A stretch of 43,750 nucleotides of DNA from Malacoraja senta (Eukaryota): positions 250,001 through 293,750 of the forward strand of contig JAXLNO010000246.1 in NCBI GenBank assembly GCA_038087875.1, written 5' to 3'. A model generated the notes under the pieces. The model ran no database searches. It was not told the origin of the DNA and worked only from the letters and a program-made list of their open reading frames with translations. Position numbers and translations under genes: made by a program. Within the stretch, counting starts at the first letter, position 1. Every line of letters starts with the position of its first letter. Of the stretch, positions 13,136-25,412 are shown one piece after another.

Positions 13136-14024
13136 CCTTTATATCTGGAAGGAAGATGTTATGTGGGATGAATCAACAGTTAAAGCGAATAAACTAGTTG
13201 CATCTTTCTGAGTTCTGTTCTCTGCTATGCCATTTCTTTGTTGTCTAATATTTAATTTCCCTCCTCAGATTATCAAAATATTCAACCAAAGCAGAACGTG
13301 CACTGCTAACCAATCGCTGAGTAGAAGATTTCATGGATGTGATTAAAATGCAGGAACTGAAATAAATGGAAAGAGTTAAATTAAGTTTATCAAACATGAC
13401 AGAAATTCTCAATAGACTGCCCTGCATTTGTACAAATTAGAGCTATCTCGCAATTTATGTTGATAACAGCTGATATGACTGAGGCCTCAACTCCTTTACT
13501 GTGCTTATTCCACATAAGACACAATTCCCTGTTCTTTTAGAATATATCCACGCATTAGCCATCAATTCACCACCACATCATGCCTCTTTAATACATTCAT
13601 AAGGTTAACTCTGTTTCTTGTCATCTCCAAGGGACACAGAACCAGTGATTTCAGCCATTCATGGTTAGGTAACACTTGCTTATTCCAGAAATCTCTTCTA
13701 GCTGATATCCAATATTAATATATCCTTTCTTAAATTTGAGGACCAAGCTGTGCACAGTGCTCCTGATATGTCCTTAGCAACATCATGTACCATAATTACA
13801 ATAGTAACCTACCTTTGAATGCTAATCACCTTCTGAGTTGTGTGCTGCATCTACCTGCTGGCTTTTTGTTTTGCACTTTAAGCACTTGAATCTCTTGTAC
13901 TCCACTCATTTGCAATTTCACTCCATTTAGATAATAGCTTCCTTTGAATTGCTCTTACCAGAGTGTGTGAGCACATATTTTCCATTATTAAACTCCATTT
14001 GCCCTGTTTATGTTCATCTAACAA

Positions 14025-15020
14025 AGAGTCATAGAGCCATATAGCATGGAAGTAGGTACTTCAGCCTAATGCTCCAAGCTGAACAAGATGCTACATTTAG
14101 GTTAGTCACATTTGCCAGCGTTTGGCCCCACATTCCTCTCAACATGTTCTATCCATGTACCTGTCCAAGTGTCTTTTCAATGTTGTTATTCTGCCTTCGC
14201 TGGCAGCTCATTCCATACACCCAGTAACCTCTTAGTAGAAAAGGTTGCCTCTCAGGTTCCTACTAAATCTTCCTCCTCACCTTAAACCCAGGGGTGCAGT
14301 GCTGCCGGAGCTCACCTGAGCACCGATCCCGCACCTCTGTTAAAGAAAAAATAAACAGGGTGGAATTTTAACTAGCGGATGTGTGGTCGGGGTAACCTGA
14401 TTAAAAGAGGGGTAAGGGGAAGATCCATCACTACTGAGGTTCCCTGTAGGAGGAGGGGAACACTATGATGCAGCAGAGACAGACCATGTGATGTGTGCAT
14501 CGTTTGTGGTTGTGGGCCTGGAGCTGAGCCTGGAACTCTGGTGGGTGGATGAGTGGGTGGGTGTGTAGGTGAATGGGTGTGAGGGTGAGAGTGTGTGTGT
14601 GTGTGTGTGTGAAGGCCCAGAGCTGTGGGATAGTCAGGGCGAGTCGGTGTCTTGCCGGCACCTCTGTAAAAATACATGATAACAGTCTTTTTCTTTACTT
14701 GCTTCATAATTATATTTCATGATAATCAGTGAGTGCAACCGGGCAATATTTTGTCATAATTAAATTAAGTATTATATGTTTTAAAGTACTAGCTATACAC
14801 TGGGATGTAGTAATAGGCTATAATCTTGTTTGACCCTCTAGGGAAACTAGCTTGCCCCCCCCGCCAGCAAAATCTGAAATGCCCCTGTTTGACAGCTCCG
14901 ACACCTAAAAAATTAGCATTGAACACAGCTTAAACCTGTTTTTGCTGGTTCTTGATTACCCTACCCTGGGTAAAATAAATCCTGATCAATCGCCCTCATG
15001 ATTTTAGAAAGCTCTCTAAG
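14025..15020 (-). mobile_element. CR1-type LINE 3' end remnant, interrupted by a MITE
   Basis: Colinear with the CR1 tail at 33550-33920 (TCCATGTACCTGTCCAAGTG, GTTGCCTCTCAGGTTCCT, CACCTTAAACC, TTCTTGATTACCCTACCCTGGG). Confidence 0.75.
14289..14928. mobile_element. Non-autonomous hAT-like DNA transposon (640 bp)
   Basis: 8-bp direct repeat CTTAAACC at 14281-14288 and 14929-14936. Imperfect TIRs CAGGGGTGCAGTGCT / AGCATTGAACACAG. The CR1 sequence resumes after it. Confidence 0.72.
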
Positions 15021-15479
15021 CACCAATTAAATGGTTTCAATTATAGATAGAGTAAGACTTTGTGGTTATTTCCAACAAGAATTTTAGACTAAAGAAAGGC
15101 CAGTGGAAGTACTTGGTCAAACAGCATCTGTGGAGGCAAATGACATATACCAACATTTCAAGGCAAGGCACTGCATTAGAATTGAAGGAGAGGATGGGAA
15201 GATTCTAACAGTTTGAAGGAGGAATGGGGCAGAGGCTGGTATGTGGCAGGTGGAATAGTAAGATTAAACGAGAACTTACCAAGTTTGAAGTTTGATCTTT
15301 ATTTTATGAGGAGTAACGTTGAGGGATTACGTGAAGAAGCCCCGTCCAGCCGCACACGCGTCAATCTTTCAAAGCAGCGGAGTGACAATCACAGACGATA
15401 ATTACTGAAGTATGATAGTAAGATGCATAAAGACTTAGAACTACCAGCTTGATCTTTTTATGAGGGTGGGAGCGGAGGG

Positions 15480-15593
15480 CACGTAATCCCTCAACGTTAC
15501 TCCTCATAAAATAAAGATCAAGCTTCAAACTTGGTAAGTTCTCGTTTAATCTTACTATTTTACTTCGGAGTCACGTGAGTGACTACGTGAAGA
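15480..15593. repeat. DIRS internal complementary region (ICR)
   Basis: 15480-15559 is the reverse complement of 15254-15333 (one mismatch). 15558-15593 is the reverse complement of 20269-20304. Confidence 0.95.
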
Positions 15594-15757
15594 TTTCAAA
15601 GCTCTGTGATTTCACACCGTGGATTCAAATCCAGGTCTTCACTGCATCGATTGACTCTATTTGAGTAAGCACAATGAACAATGCATAACCACAACATTTG
15701 AATGTAATCAGTTTATGGTTTTATTTATTTTAATAAACGTAACAAAATTAGGCCCAT

Positions 15758-16748
15758 TTATAATGGGGGATTTAATACTGTATCCAGCACGGCATTACCA
15801 AACCCTCTGAGATCTTTAATCTCCTTATGGTAATACTTGTGAAACATCTGTTCACTTGCCCATCCTGCGGCCGCGAGAATAAGGTCTATTGTCTGAATCC
15901 CAGGCCGCTGATGTTGATGCCGCCCTCGTGGAATGAGATTTAAATTTATCAGTATCAATACCTGAATATCTCAACACCTGTTTCAACCATCGTGAAATTG
16001 TTTGTGTTGACACTTTCTTATGAGGCTTTTTATGACTAATAAAAAATGCCAATTCGGTGCCTCCTAAAACTTTTGTTGTTTCTATGTAACATTTCACATA
16101 TGTTACTACACACAGTCGTGAATCTGTAGGATATGCTAAAAATTCCAACTTGCATCCTGTGAACCCAGGTCTACTTTGCTTCAGTAAATCATAGACATAG
16201 AATGTCACGGCATTTTGCCCTACTTTCATTCTATCAATTCTGAGTTTCTGTAATGTGTGAACTCTCTGTGCTGAAACTAATGCCATGAGCATAACCAATT
16301 TCATGGTAATTTTGGATAATGACAGAGTTTCAACTGGATTCCAATTCCTTAGGAACATCAGTACATCTTTTACATTCCAAATTTCTGTATACCTGGGTCT
16401 GGGAGGATTAGAGTTGAAAATTCCTTTCATAAACCTACAGACCCAAGGATGTGCTCCAATTGGAGTTTGTTCTGATTCACTGCTTAAATATGCAGAGAGT
16501 GCACTTCGTGCAGTATTAATTGCACTATAACTTAATTTCAATTCATAGTGTAGAGTTGAAAGAAACTCTATTACATCTGAAATTTCTGCTGTGTTATATG
16601 CAATATTCTTTCCTGAACAAAACACCTCCCATTTCTTTATATAGGAAATGTACTGCTTCTGGGTACTATTCCTCCAGGCTGCTGTCATAACATCCACCGT
16701 ACGGTCTGATAATCTTTTTCCAAGATATGGCCTTCTTAGAATCTGCAA
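15758..16748 (-). pseudogene. DIRS tyrosine recombinase, frameshifted near the C-terminus
   Basis: SAM-like N-terminus (YSAINTARSALS), SAQR, LKQSR and HSTR; AAGW..FHKYY follows in the next frame (15758-15958). Confidence 0.92.
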
Positions 16749-16791
16749 ATCAACAAACCAATACGATTATGTAAAGGATGTGATTCATTAG

Positions 16792-17265
16792 TCACAGGGT
16801 GTACAAGCAGTTTAATCTGCTTTGGAATAACCATAAGGGTTTTGGGTTTTTTCCCCCCATTTTTAACACCAGTGGGTACCACACCTGTGTAGGCCAATCT
16901 GGTACTACCAAAATCCCTGAGGCTGAATCTTGTTTAATTTTCTGTATGCATTTGTGGATTAAACAAAATGGTGGAAACGCATACAGAAACATACCACCCC
17001 AATGTAGCGAGAAAGCATCCACCACTACTGCACCAGGATCAGGTTCCCATGACACATACTTAGGCAACTGGTGGTTCAATCTTGATGCAAACAGATCAAT
17101 TTCTGGCATTCCAAATTGTGTGATAATTTGTGTGAATATTTTCCGATTTAACATCCATTCTGTATTATCATTAAATTTATGTGATCTTTTGTCTGCAATT
17201 GTATTCATTTTTACCTGGTAAATATTGCTGACAGCCACATTTTTCTGGCAATACCCCAGGTCCAA
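16792..17265 (-). pseudogene. DIRS adenine-methyltransferase-like domain
   Basis: IDLFASRLNHQLPKYVSW, DAF..W, LYAFPPF and LVVPDWPTQVWY lie directly after RNase H, as in DIRS1-group pol. Confidence 0.88.
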
Positions 17266-18723
17266 ATTTCATTTGCCAATTTATCACATGATTCTGATTT
17301 TATACCACCCATGTGATTTATGTATGCTACAGCTGTAGTATTGTCAACCTGTACCTGAACATGCACATTTCCCATATCAGTGCAATAAGCTCTAAGGCCG
17401 TAAAATGCGCCTAATAGCTCTAGGTAATTGATTCCCAGTTTTTCCAGCAAAGGTACTTCATTCACATTCCACCTACCTCCACAGCTGGAAATCATGTTAG
17501 TAGCGCCCCAACTCAGCGCACTTACATCAGTCTGTCGAGTGACGGAAGGTGTTTCTACCAGAACTTTTCTGGAAGCATTAGAAACATTGTTAATCCACCA
17601 TTCTATTTCTGTAATGGATTGAATTGTTAATTTCATGGGCCTATCAAAATGCCCTCTATTCATTTTTAACGCTTGTACCTTAGCTCTCTGTAAACATTGA
17701 TAATGCAATGGTCCAAACGTGACCGCTGGAAACCCTGCAATTAATTTGCCTAGCAAGCTTGCCACTTCTCTAATTGAAGATGTGTCCTCGTTAATGAGTT
17801 TTATGCAACCTTCAATTAACTGCAGCTTTTTATCTTTTGGCAAAGTGATTACCATGTGTTCGGAGTTAATTGTGAACCCTAGGTAATCAATCTTTTTGCT
17901 TGGTAACAATTTAGATTTTTGTAGGTGAATAATGAAACCTAATTTCTCAAAATGTATTTGACTGGATACTGACAATTTTGCAGCAGCCAAAGTGTCCCCT
18001 ACAATGAGGATATCATCTAAATAAGCCATTAATACATGGCCCTCAGCTCTTAACAGAGCTAAAATTGGTTTGAGCAATTTAGTGAATAATCTTGGTGCTG
18101 AAATCAGACCATTGGGCAATGCTTTAAATTGCCATAACTGACTCATCCATCTAAATTTCAAATATCTTTGATCATTACCATGCATTGCCACAGAATAATA
18201 TGCATTTTGCAGATCTATGCTTGCCTTGTAGCAATTCTTTGTGACTAGCTAAATGGCATTAGTAAATGTTTCCATTTTGAAATGTTTCTATTGTACATAA
18301 AGGTTAAGATTTGTCAGATCGGAAATGATTCTACGTCCACCATCCCTTTTCTAGGAGAATATTCCTAGGAGAATATTTGACACAAACTGATGGTGTTGTT
18401 CTACTGACATTTATATCATCCTTTTCTGCATAACATTTTTCAATTCTCCTTTGATCTACCCATTCTCTTCCTTTGAAAAAAATCTGTGACCAGTTTGAAT
18501 TATGCTGAATTGGAGGATCCAAAGGTGGAGAGAACTCAATTTTGAATCCAACAATGCTACATAGAATAAATGAATCATTTGTTATTGATTGCCATTCTTT
18601 TAGGAAGAATCGTAACCTTCCCCCTATTTGTGAGTGTGAAACATTTGTTGTGTTTCTTACCAGACCAAGCCCCCTAACCTCAGGGTTTGCCACCGGCAGT
18701 TGTTGTCCCCTTCTAGTAGGCAC
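17211..18723 (-). pseudogene. pol: DIRS reverse transcriptase and RNase H, frameshifted
   Basis: GGRLRFFLKEWQSIT, LPNGLISAPRLFTK, YLDD and YLGF. RNase H motifs TDVS, INYLEL and VDNTTAVAYINHMGG. Confidence 0.93.
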
Positions 18724-20105
18724 ATTGTAACCTCCACGTATCCTCGGTGCAGCATGTCAACGTGTATACGAGAATGATAGGATTGTTCCTTCTCCAGCAC
18801 CACATTTCGCCTGTAGGGATACTGCCTTCTCACCGCTCTGCTCAGCATAGGTGATCCTTTAGTTTCTTTGTTAGATTTTCTCCAAAACAGATTTAGGCAT
18901 TTGTATATTGGATGGTTTGCAGAGCCTGCATACTTAGGATGAATATTTGGTCTTATTGCATTTTTATGAATACAATTTATTTCAGTGCGCACTACACATG
19001 AGTGCTAAGGCATTTTGTTGTGAATACGATATATAACCTTCATCCAAACCACTGACCCCAGAAATTTCAGCACTTGTGTAATTTCAATTCTTGTGAGCGT
19101 AAACCACTGCTCAAATTACCCATATCAAGTTATTCACTGCTGTAACTGCTACAATTTCCCGGGTCTCATATTTTTTTTCTCTCATCCATTGTTAATTCCT
19201 GGGGCTGATGGGAGAGTAGATAATTTATAGTCATAGCTATTTCCTCTCTCAAAGGTTCCCCTGTTACTCTGGGAACAGCAAAGTTTTGTGCCAGCCTTGG
19301 AACATTTGTGGCTCTGATAATGGGCTCTGGTCCTCATTTAAATCATCATCTAAATTTAAATATTCATTTTTATGTTGGGTAATTTCTGGCTCCCCTGTTT
19401 CAGGTAAGTCTCTGCCAGATTCCCCCTGCGCGGGCTCTCTTGTAGGCCCACGGACAGGCAGCCCTGCTTCAGGTGCTGCTGGCGCTGGCTCAATTCTAGG
19501 CCAATGCTTCATTATTTTTACTCTTTATATTTGTCGGTGCTGGCACATTTATCATTGCACGTTTGTGCTGCCTTTTGTTCAGGCATTTCTAGTACTGGCT
19601 CTCCAATAGGCCAACACATAACTTGCCTTTTTTATGGCATTTTGGGGCACTGGCTCTCCTGTAGGCCAACCTCTTTAATGTTTCTGCACAGGCACTGATG
19701 GCTCTCCTGTAGGCCACCCTTGTGCCTGTTCCAAGGCACCTCCTGTGCTATACTTCATTGGCCAACACCGACTTAAATCCTCCTGTGGGGGTTCTTTACA
19801 AATCATCTGCCCCATAAGGAGTTATAACGTTTTTGACCCTTGCAGTGTAATACTCTTTCCTGCCTCAGGAGGGCATACCTCCGGGTCTGACTCATCCGAG
19901 TCTACAGGTCGGGCCGATTTTTGCCTTGCGCCCGCCCGCGGCGGTTTAACGCACATTCGACCACAACTGGAGTTAATGGCTTCGCTGCCACTGACTCCCC
20001 TGACTGACGCCCGCTACCCTTAGGATCTGGGGATTTACTACAGTGCGTCCCTGGCCGACTCTCCTTCCCATTTCTCCATAATAAACTTGTGTGGAGTTCC
20101 ATCAA
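18657..20105 (-). pseudogene. gag: DIRS gag-like ORF remnants
   Basis: Lies upstream of and overlapping pol; broken ORFs with repeated P(T/I)GEP-like units. Assignment is mainly positional. Confidence 0.55.
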
Positions 20106-20305
20106 ACAAGTCTAAACGGGAAGGAAACGCTCCTGTAAGTGAAAAGTAACTCACTTACCTTCCGACTTTTGTTTTACTCACCGGCTGGAGGAGCTCCTGC
20201 TCCTCCACACACGGTCATGAACGCTATGCGTCTGATCGATAATGACGCGTGTGCGGCTGGACGGGGCTTCTTCACGTAGTCACTCACGTGACTCCGAAGT
20301 AAAAT

Positions 20306-20950
20306 CAGCTGGGGAGGGGATGATGGGCAGATGGAGCAAAGTTGGTGTATGGGTGGTTGTGGGAGAACAAATGAACACCAGTGGTATGGATAAGCTGAAA
20401 TGTGAAAACTTTATATTCATATAAAGTTACCCAGGTGGATTATCAGATATTTTACTTAAAACATTCTGTGCCCAAGGTTAACGACAGATGGGTGAGTGTG
20501 AGAGTGGGAAGGGGTATTAAAATACCATACAACAGATCTCAGGATGATCTTTACTTCAAAGGGATGTGCTGTACAAAATGGTTGACATCTAAGCTAGTTT
20601 CTCCACAGTGTGAGCAATGATTGCAGTATAGAAAGTTGAACGAGATGCAAGTGAACCTCTGTCTCATTTGAACAGTTTATTCTCCTGTTGTTCACCTCTT
20701 CCTCCTCCTCTCCTACCTGTTTCCATCTACCCATTATCCTCTCCCCACCTGATTCTACGTTTGATCTACCAGCCTCTGTCCTATCCCTCCCTGATTGCTA
20801 CATATTGGCAATTCATCCTCTTCCCTCACAGGCCTGGTGCAGGTTCTTGACCCTATTTGTGACATCAACCATTTGTCCCAATAATTTTGCTTGAGCCATT
20901 GAATGCTTTCAGTCTTCTGTTTTTAGTTGCAGATTCCATTAGCTACAGTC
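20306..20950. mobile_element. Degraded Penelope-like remnant; its other part (~15105-15253) lies left of the DIRS
   Basis: The CAGCATCTGTGGAGG motif at ~15122 and a degenerate inverted counterpart at ~20840-20950 resemble the hairpin element at 24270-24470. Confidence 0.4.
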
Positions 20951-22549
20951 ATTATTGGATAGAATATATTTTGTTTTAACACTGCATTTAGTCTGAGACA
21001 CAGCACCAATAAATGTTGTTACATAACGCTTGGTTATTTGATGTCAAAAGTCTTGATTGTTTGTACTTTGTACATTTCTAATCTAATGCAAAGTATGTAT
21101 CATCCATATGAATATAAAATTGTCCACAGTGACTGGTGGCACAGTGATCAAGTTCATTTTATGTGGCTCATTTGGTACAAGTTCTGCTCTTGAGATTTCA
21201 CCTAATAATAGTTGCCTGTAGAATGTGTTTGATGAATAGACCATTGCGTATAAGATTTTTGGAAATAGATTGGCATGAAATCCAAGTAAACACATTGGAT
21301 TGCACCCTGTTTTATAGTGGCTTCATGTTGCCAAGTAAAGGCAAGATATATGGAATGTGCAAGATATAATATGAAAGATATAATATGCAAGGCGCAAAAT
21401 TAAATTGTTGTTAAGAAAATGTAAGGCCTCCATTTATTTGCAACAGCATCAATCACAGTATTCTTACGTCAAAGTTGATTTTGTATTTTTTAAAGAATGA
21501 ATGGGAACAAAATGATCAAAAATGAATTGGCAGTCAAAGTAATACAAGGTTGTAGTGGAGACAAGTGTGTAGGAACAGGCCACTCTGCCTATCCTGCCAA
21601 TACTGGTGCATATGGTCCACATGACCCTCTTCCCACCTTATGCGATCTGCAACATGGTTGGCAAGTCTGTGCTGGATTCTCCAATGTAGAACCGACTATT
21701 ATTTTCTCTTTTGTGTTTGCCCAGCCTTCCCCTGAATGCAATTCATTGATCTGGATCCTCATTCTCACCTGTATTGGGTGGGAGGGGAGGAGAGGGAGCA
21801 TTCTCTGTAGAATTCCCTGCTGGATTTTATGGTGGAAATGTTTTCACCATAGTGATTCATTTAAACGCTTTATGTATTTTAATATCTCCCTTCAGCCACT
21901 TCTCAAAGGGGTGGAGGGCAGGGGGTGGATGACTTACCCAGGGACATTTGATGACCGTGTTTTGTTTATTTTATCCAAACATTTTTTAATATAGATTAAT
22001 ATAGTATTTTTTTTTGTATCTTGGGTAAGCACATTGAAATAGCAATGGATGGCGTGTTCAGAAAATTATTTCTGATTTGTCCTCGCTTTGTGAACACCAA
22101 ACCAATGGATGCAGCTGCAAAAAGTCATTGGCAGCAGGGTCTCAGTTCCTTTTAAGCATCCCAGTTATCATGTTCTTCGATGCAGAGGAAATGTGGCCAC
22201 GATAAATACAAAAATGTTGAAATGCAGAATATAAAAGTAATAGGAATTCAGGCATTTGAGCCTCAACTATTATTCCATGTGATCAATTGTGACCTAAAAT
22301 TTATACCTTGATCCTTTTATTTCTCTGATCCTTTGACCATACAAATAACATATAACTCCTTGTATAAATTCAATGATCTGTGTTCAACTGCTTCCAGTGG
22401 TATAACATTCCACACCTTCATCATTCTGTGGGAGAAGTAATCGCTCTTCATCTCAACTTGAAGCCTGATCATCAGATTGTGACCACTGGGTCCTGAACTG
22501 ACCGGATTTCCCTCTTGAATATATGTATGCGTACTTTTCTACACATATA

Positions 22550-22574
<25 letters not shown>

Positions 22575-22580
<6 letters not shown>

Positions 22581-22725
22581 GTGCACATTGATTTTGTTTT
22601 TCTCTTTCTCGTTTTTCATATTGTTTACCATGTACTATGTTTACATATTCCGTTGTGCTGCAGCGAGTAAGAATTTCATTATATTATCTGGGACATATGA
22701 CAATAAAATACTCTTGACTCTCTTC
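22575..22725 (+). mobile_element. 3' tail of a LINE (Rex/L2-like) inserted in a decayed CR1
   Basis: Ends GACAATAAAATACTCTTGACTCT and is preceded by (TG)n(TA)n. CR1-like sequence lies on both sides (22240-22500 and 22730-22930). Confidence 0.45.
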
Positions 22726-24269
22726 AATCTGTACAGACCCATAAGAATGTTGTAGTTGATTTTGAATGGTCCTAATCACAATGTAAAACTAATCGCCCAA
22801 ATCACCCTTCATACATTAGTCCTCCCATCCCTGAAATCTGATCAACCTTCACGGCACTCCCTCCATAACAAGAACATTCTTCTTAAGATCAGGAGACTAA
22901 AACTGCAGATGCCATGGTCTTGGCAAGCACATTTCTCAGAATAACATGATGTATCTTTAGAAAGGGATAAGGAGGAATCTCAAGAGTCAGAGGGTGGTGA
23001 ATCACATATTAAGTTCTTGGAGCTCTGGAAAATTATCAATCTTTGATGGGAAGAATGGATAGGGAGGCTGCTCACTTTGCTGGAGGGTTTGAGAGTGGAC
23101 AAGGAATTCTATGCAACGTGCGTTTGGAATGTCAAGTGTATGGCACGTAGATGTTGTGTAATTGGCTCCATTATGCCCTTAGTGCATTGGAAAAGGTAAA
23201 CGGGGTTTTCACCTAAGATTACATTTTCTGCTAACTGCACTTTATGGTAAGCAAGTAGGCTGGCTTTGGGAAACAATTAGATGATTGAGGGCTCACTTAG
23301 AATAACTGGGAAATGATGGAGCAGCCTACAAGGATATTTATTGTAGCTAAAGGAGAAGTTAAACCTTTCTTTTCTCCGAGACATGCAAGAATAGCACGGT
23401 GCTTGATTTAATGCAGAACCTTTGAAGGACAGTGGCTGGGCCTGCAAGATCTCCACACCAGCCATCATAAATAGGAGTCTCCAATGGGAAGAAGACTGTG
23501 AGACTTGATGGTATTTGCCACGGCTTCTATCATTTAACACATTGAGCTGAAAGCCATGAGATTCGTTGCTTTTTTAATGCTTTGTCTTGTAATTTGACGT
23601 AATAAAGATAGTCATTTGTACCCTTGAAATTTTCTTTCTCCGTTCATTGATCCAAATCCTATTTATGTTTCATCACAAAGAGAGAATTGGATAAACTAAT
23701 TGTGAGCAAAAACATGCAAAACTACAGTCTAAGGGCTGGGGTTGAACAAGTGATTTTCTCCAGTAGAGAGGTGGCATTGGCCTGATAGGATGAATGGTCT
23801 CCATCAGCACAGTAAACATTTAAATGATCCATTGATTTGTATTTATCATCGTATATCAAATAAACTTAGGGATACGGAAGGAGAAATATTTTGGCCTGTT
23901 TATATGGTGCAAAATAACCCACCCCAGAACAATAAATAGTTGTGAATTTACACTTAATATTACCTGTCACTGAAGCAGAGTGCAGAGGTTCTCAAATTCA
24001 TTTAAGAAATAGTATTAAGGCGACTGTATAGAAAATGGTGGGTATTGCTTGGCAGCAAGATGGGAGTAGTATTGTAGTGATAGTGATGAGGTGTTTTGAT
24101 GGCAGTGATCATAATTTAGCATGATTAAAGTAGCAATGTACACTAGGAATGCAGGTTCGCAGCTGAGGTGAAAACATTTCCAAGACTGCAACATAATTTA
24201 ACAGAAATGTAATACAAAATGTAATAAAATAGGGCAATTAAATGGTGACAGTTAACAGATCTCTGGGGA

Positions 24270-24470
24270 TACTAGAAACTGTAGATGTTGGTTCGTTGAG
24301 CAAAACTGTTGGAGGAACACAGTGGGTCAGGCCACATCTGTGGGATGGAATGAACCAACGACATTTCAGGCTGGAACTCTTGTTCAGACTGGTGACTTCA
24401 AAACGTTGTCAGTCGATTCCCACCACAGATGCTGCCTGACCCACTGAATTCTTCATGCACTTTGTTTTTA
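24270..24470. repeat. Short foldback element, probably Penelope-derived
   Basis: Arms 24310-24366 and 24401-24456 are inverted: CAGTGGGTCAGGCCACATCTGTGG matches the reverse complement of CCACAGATGCTGCCTGACCCACTG at 22/24. Confidence 0.65.
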
Positions 24471-24723
24471 ACACACCAGCTGGAAAGAGTCCAGAGAAGA
24501 TTTACAAGGAGACTTGATAGTGGCATTTGAAGTCTTTAGAAAGGCATAGATATGCAGGGAAAGGATGGATATGGAACATGTGTTGGTGGAGGAGATTAGT
24601 TCAACTTGGCATCACGTTTGGAACAGAAGGTGTGGCCCCAAGGGCCTGTTCCAATGCTGAACTGTTCTGCAAGTCACTGAGTCTCTGTTCAGGGAGGGTG
24701 AGGTTGAGAAGGCTCTGATTTCA

Positions 24724-25030
24724 ATAGAAAATAGGTGCAGGAGTAGGCCATTCGATCCTTCGAGCCAGCACCGCCATTCAATGTGATCATGGCTGATCAT
24801 CCCCAATCAGTACCCCGTTCCTGCCTTCTCCCCATATCCCCTGACTCCACTATTTTTAAGAGCCCTATCTAGCTCTCTCTTGAAAGCATCCACTGCCCTC
24901 TGAGGCAGAGAATTTCACAGACTCACCACTCTCTGTGAGAAAAAGTGTTTCCTCGTCTCCGTTCTAAATGGCTTACTCCTTATTCTTAAACTGTGGTCCC
25001 TGGTTCTGGAAATGTGGCCCCTGGTTCTGG
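24724..25030 (-). mobile_element. CR1-type LINE 3' end
   Basis: ATAGAAAATAGGTGCAGGAGTAGGCCATTCG..CATGGCTGATC..CTCACCACTCTCTGTGAGAAAAAGTG, a typical CR1 ORF2 end and 3' UTR. Confidence 0.8.
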
Positions 25031-25400
25031 ATTTCATTCCTTAGAGTGCAAAAGGATGGGGTGATCTGAAAGAGGTTTACAAAATTATGTGAGCAATCAA
25101 TCAGGTAAATGCGCTTGAGTTTTTTGCCCACAATAGGGGACTCGAGAACCAGAGGATATAGATTTACGGTGAGAGGTGGGTGAGTGTGGAGATTTAATAG
25201 GAACCTGGGGATAACATTTTTACACAAAGAGTGGTGGGTATATGGAACGAGCTGCCAGAGGAGGAGGTTGAGACAGGTACTATCATAACAATAAATATAC
25301 AATTGGACAGGTACATGCATAGGATAGGTTTAGAGGGTTATGAGCCAAGCGTGGGGAGTTGGGACTAATGTAGATGGGGCATGCTGTGCCGAAAAGCCCG
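25031..25400 (+). mobile_element. CR1-type LINE 3' end, opposite orientation
   Basis: GGGTGATCTGAAAGAGGTTTACAAAATTATG (GDLKEVYKIM) and TTTTTACACAAAGAGTGGTGGGTATATGGAACGAGCTGCC (FTQRVVGIWNELP). Confidence 0.8.
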
Positions 25401-25412
25401 TTTCGACGCAGT

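Larger units (their letters stand above)
15254..20305 (-). mobile_element. DIRS1-like tyrosine-recombinase retrotransposon, full length
   Basis: Domain order gag, RT, RNase H, methyltransferase-like, YR. 36-bp ITRs at 15328-15363 and 20243-20278. ICR at 15480-15593 complementary to both termini. Confidence 0.96.

Noticed and set aside
15758..17265. Phage integrase plus Dam methylase as a prophage or bacterial contamination
   Set aside because: Both lie inside the DIRS ITR/ICR structure next to a YLDD reverse transcriptase, the normal DIRS1 layout.
21083..23540. Short ORFs (e.g. 21497-21994, 23277-23540) as host exons
   Set aside because: No recognisable domains or splice context; interspersed with decayed CR1 sequence.
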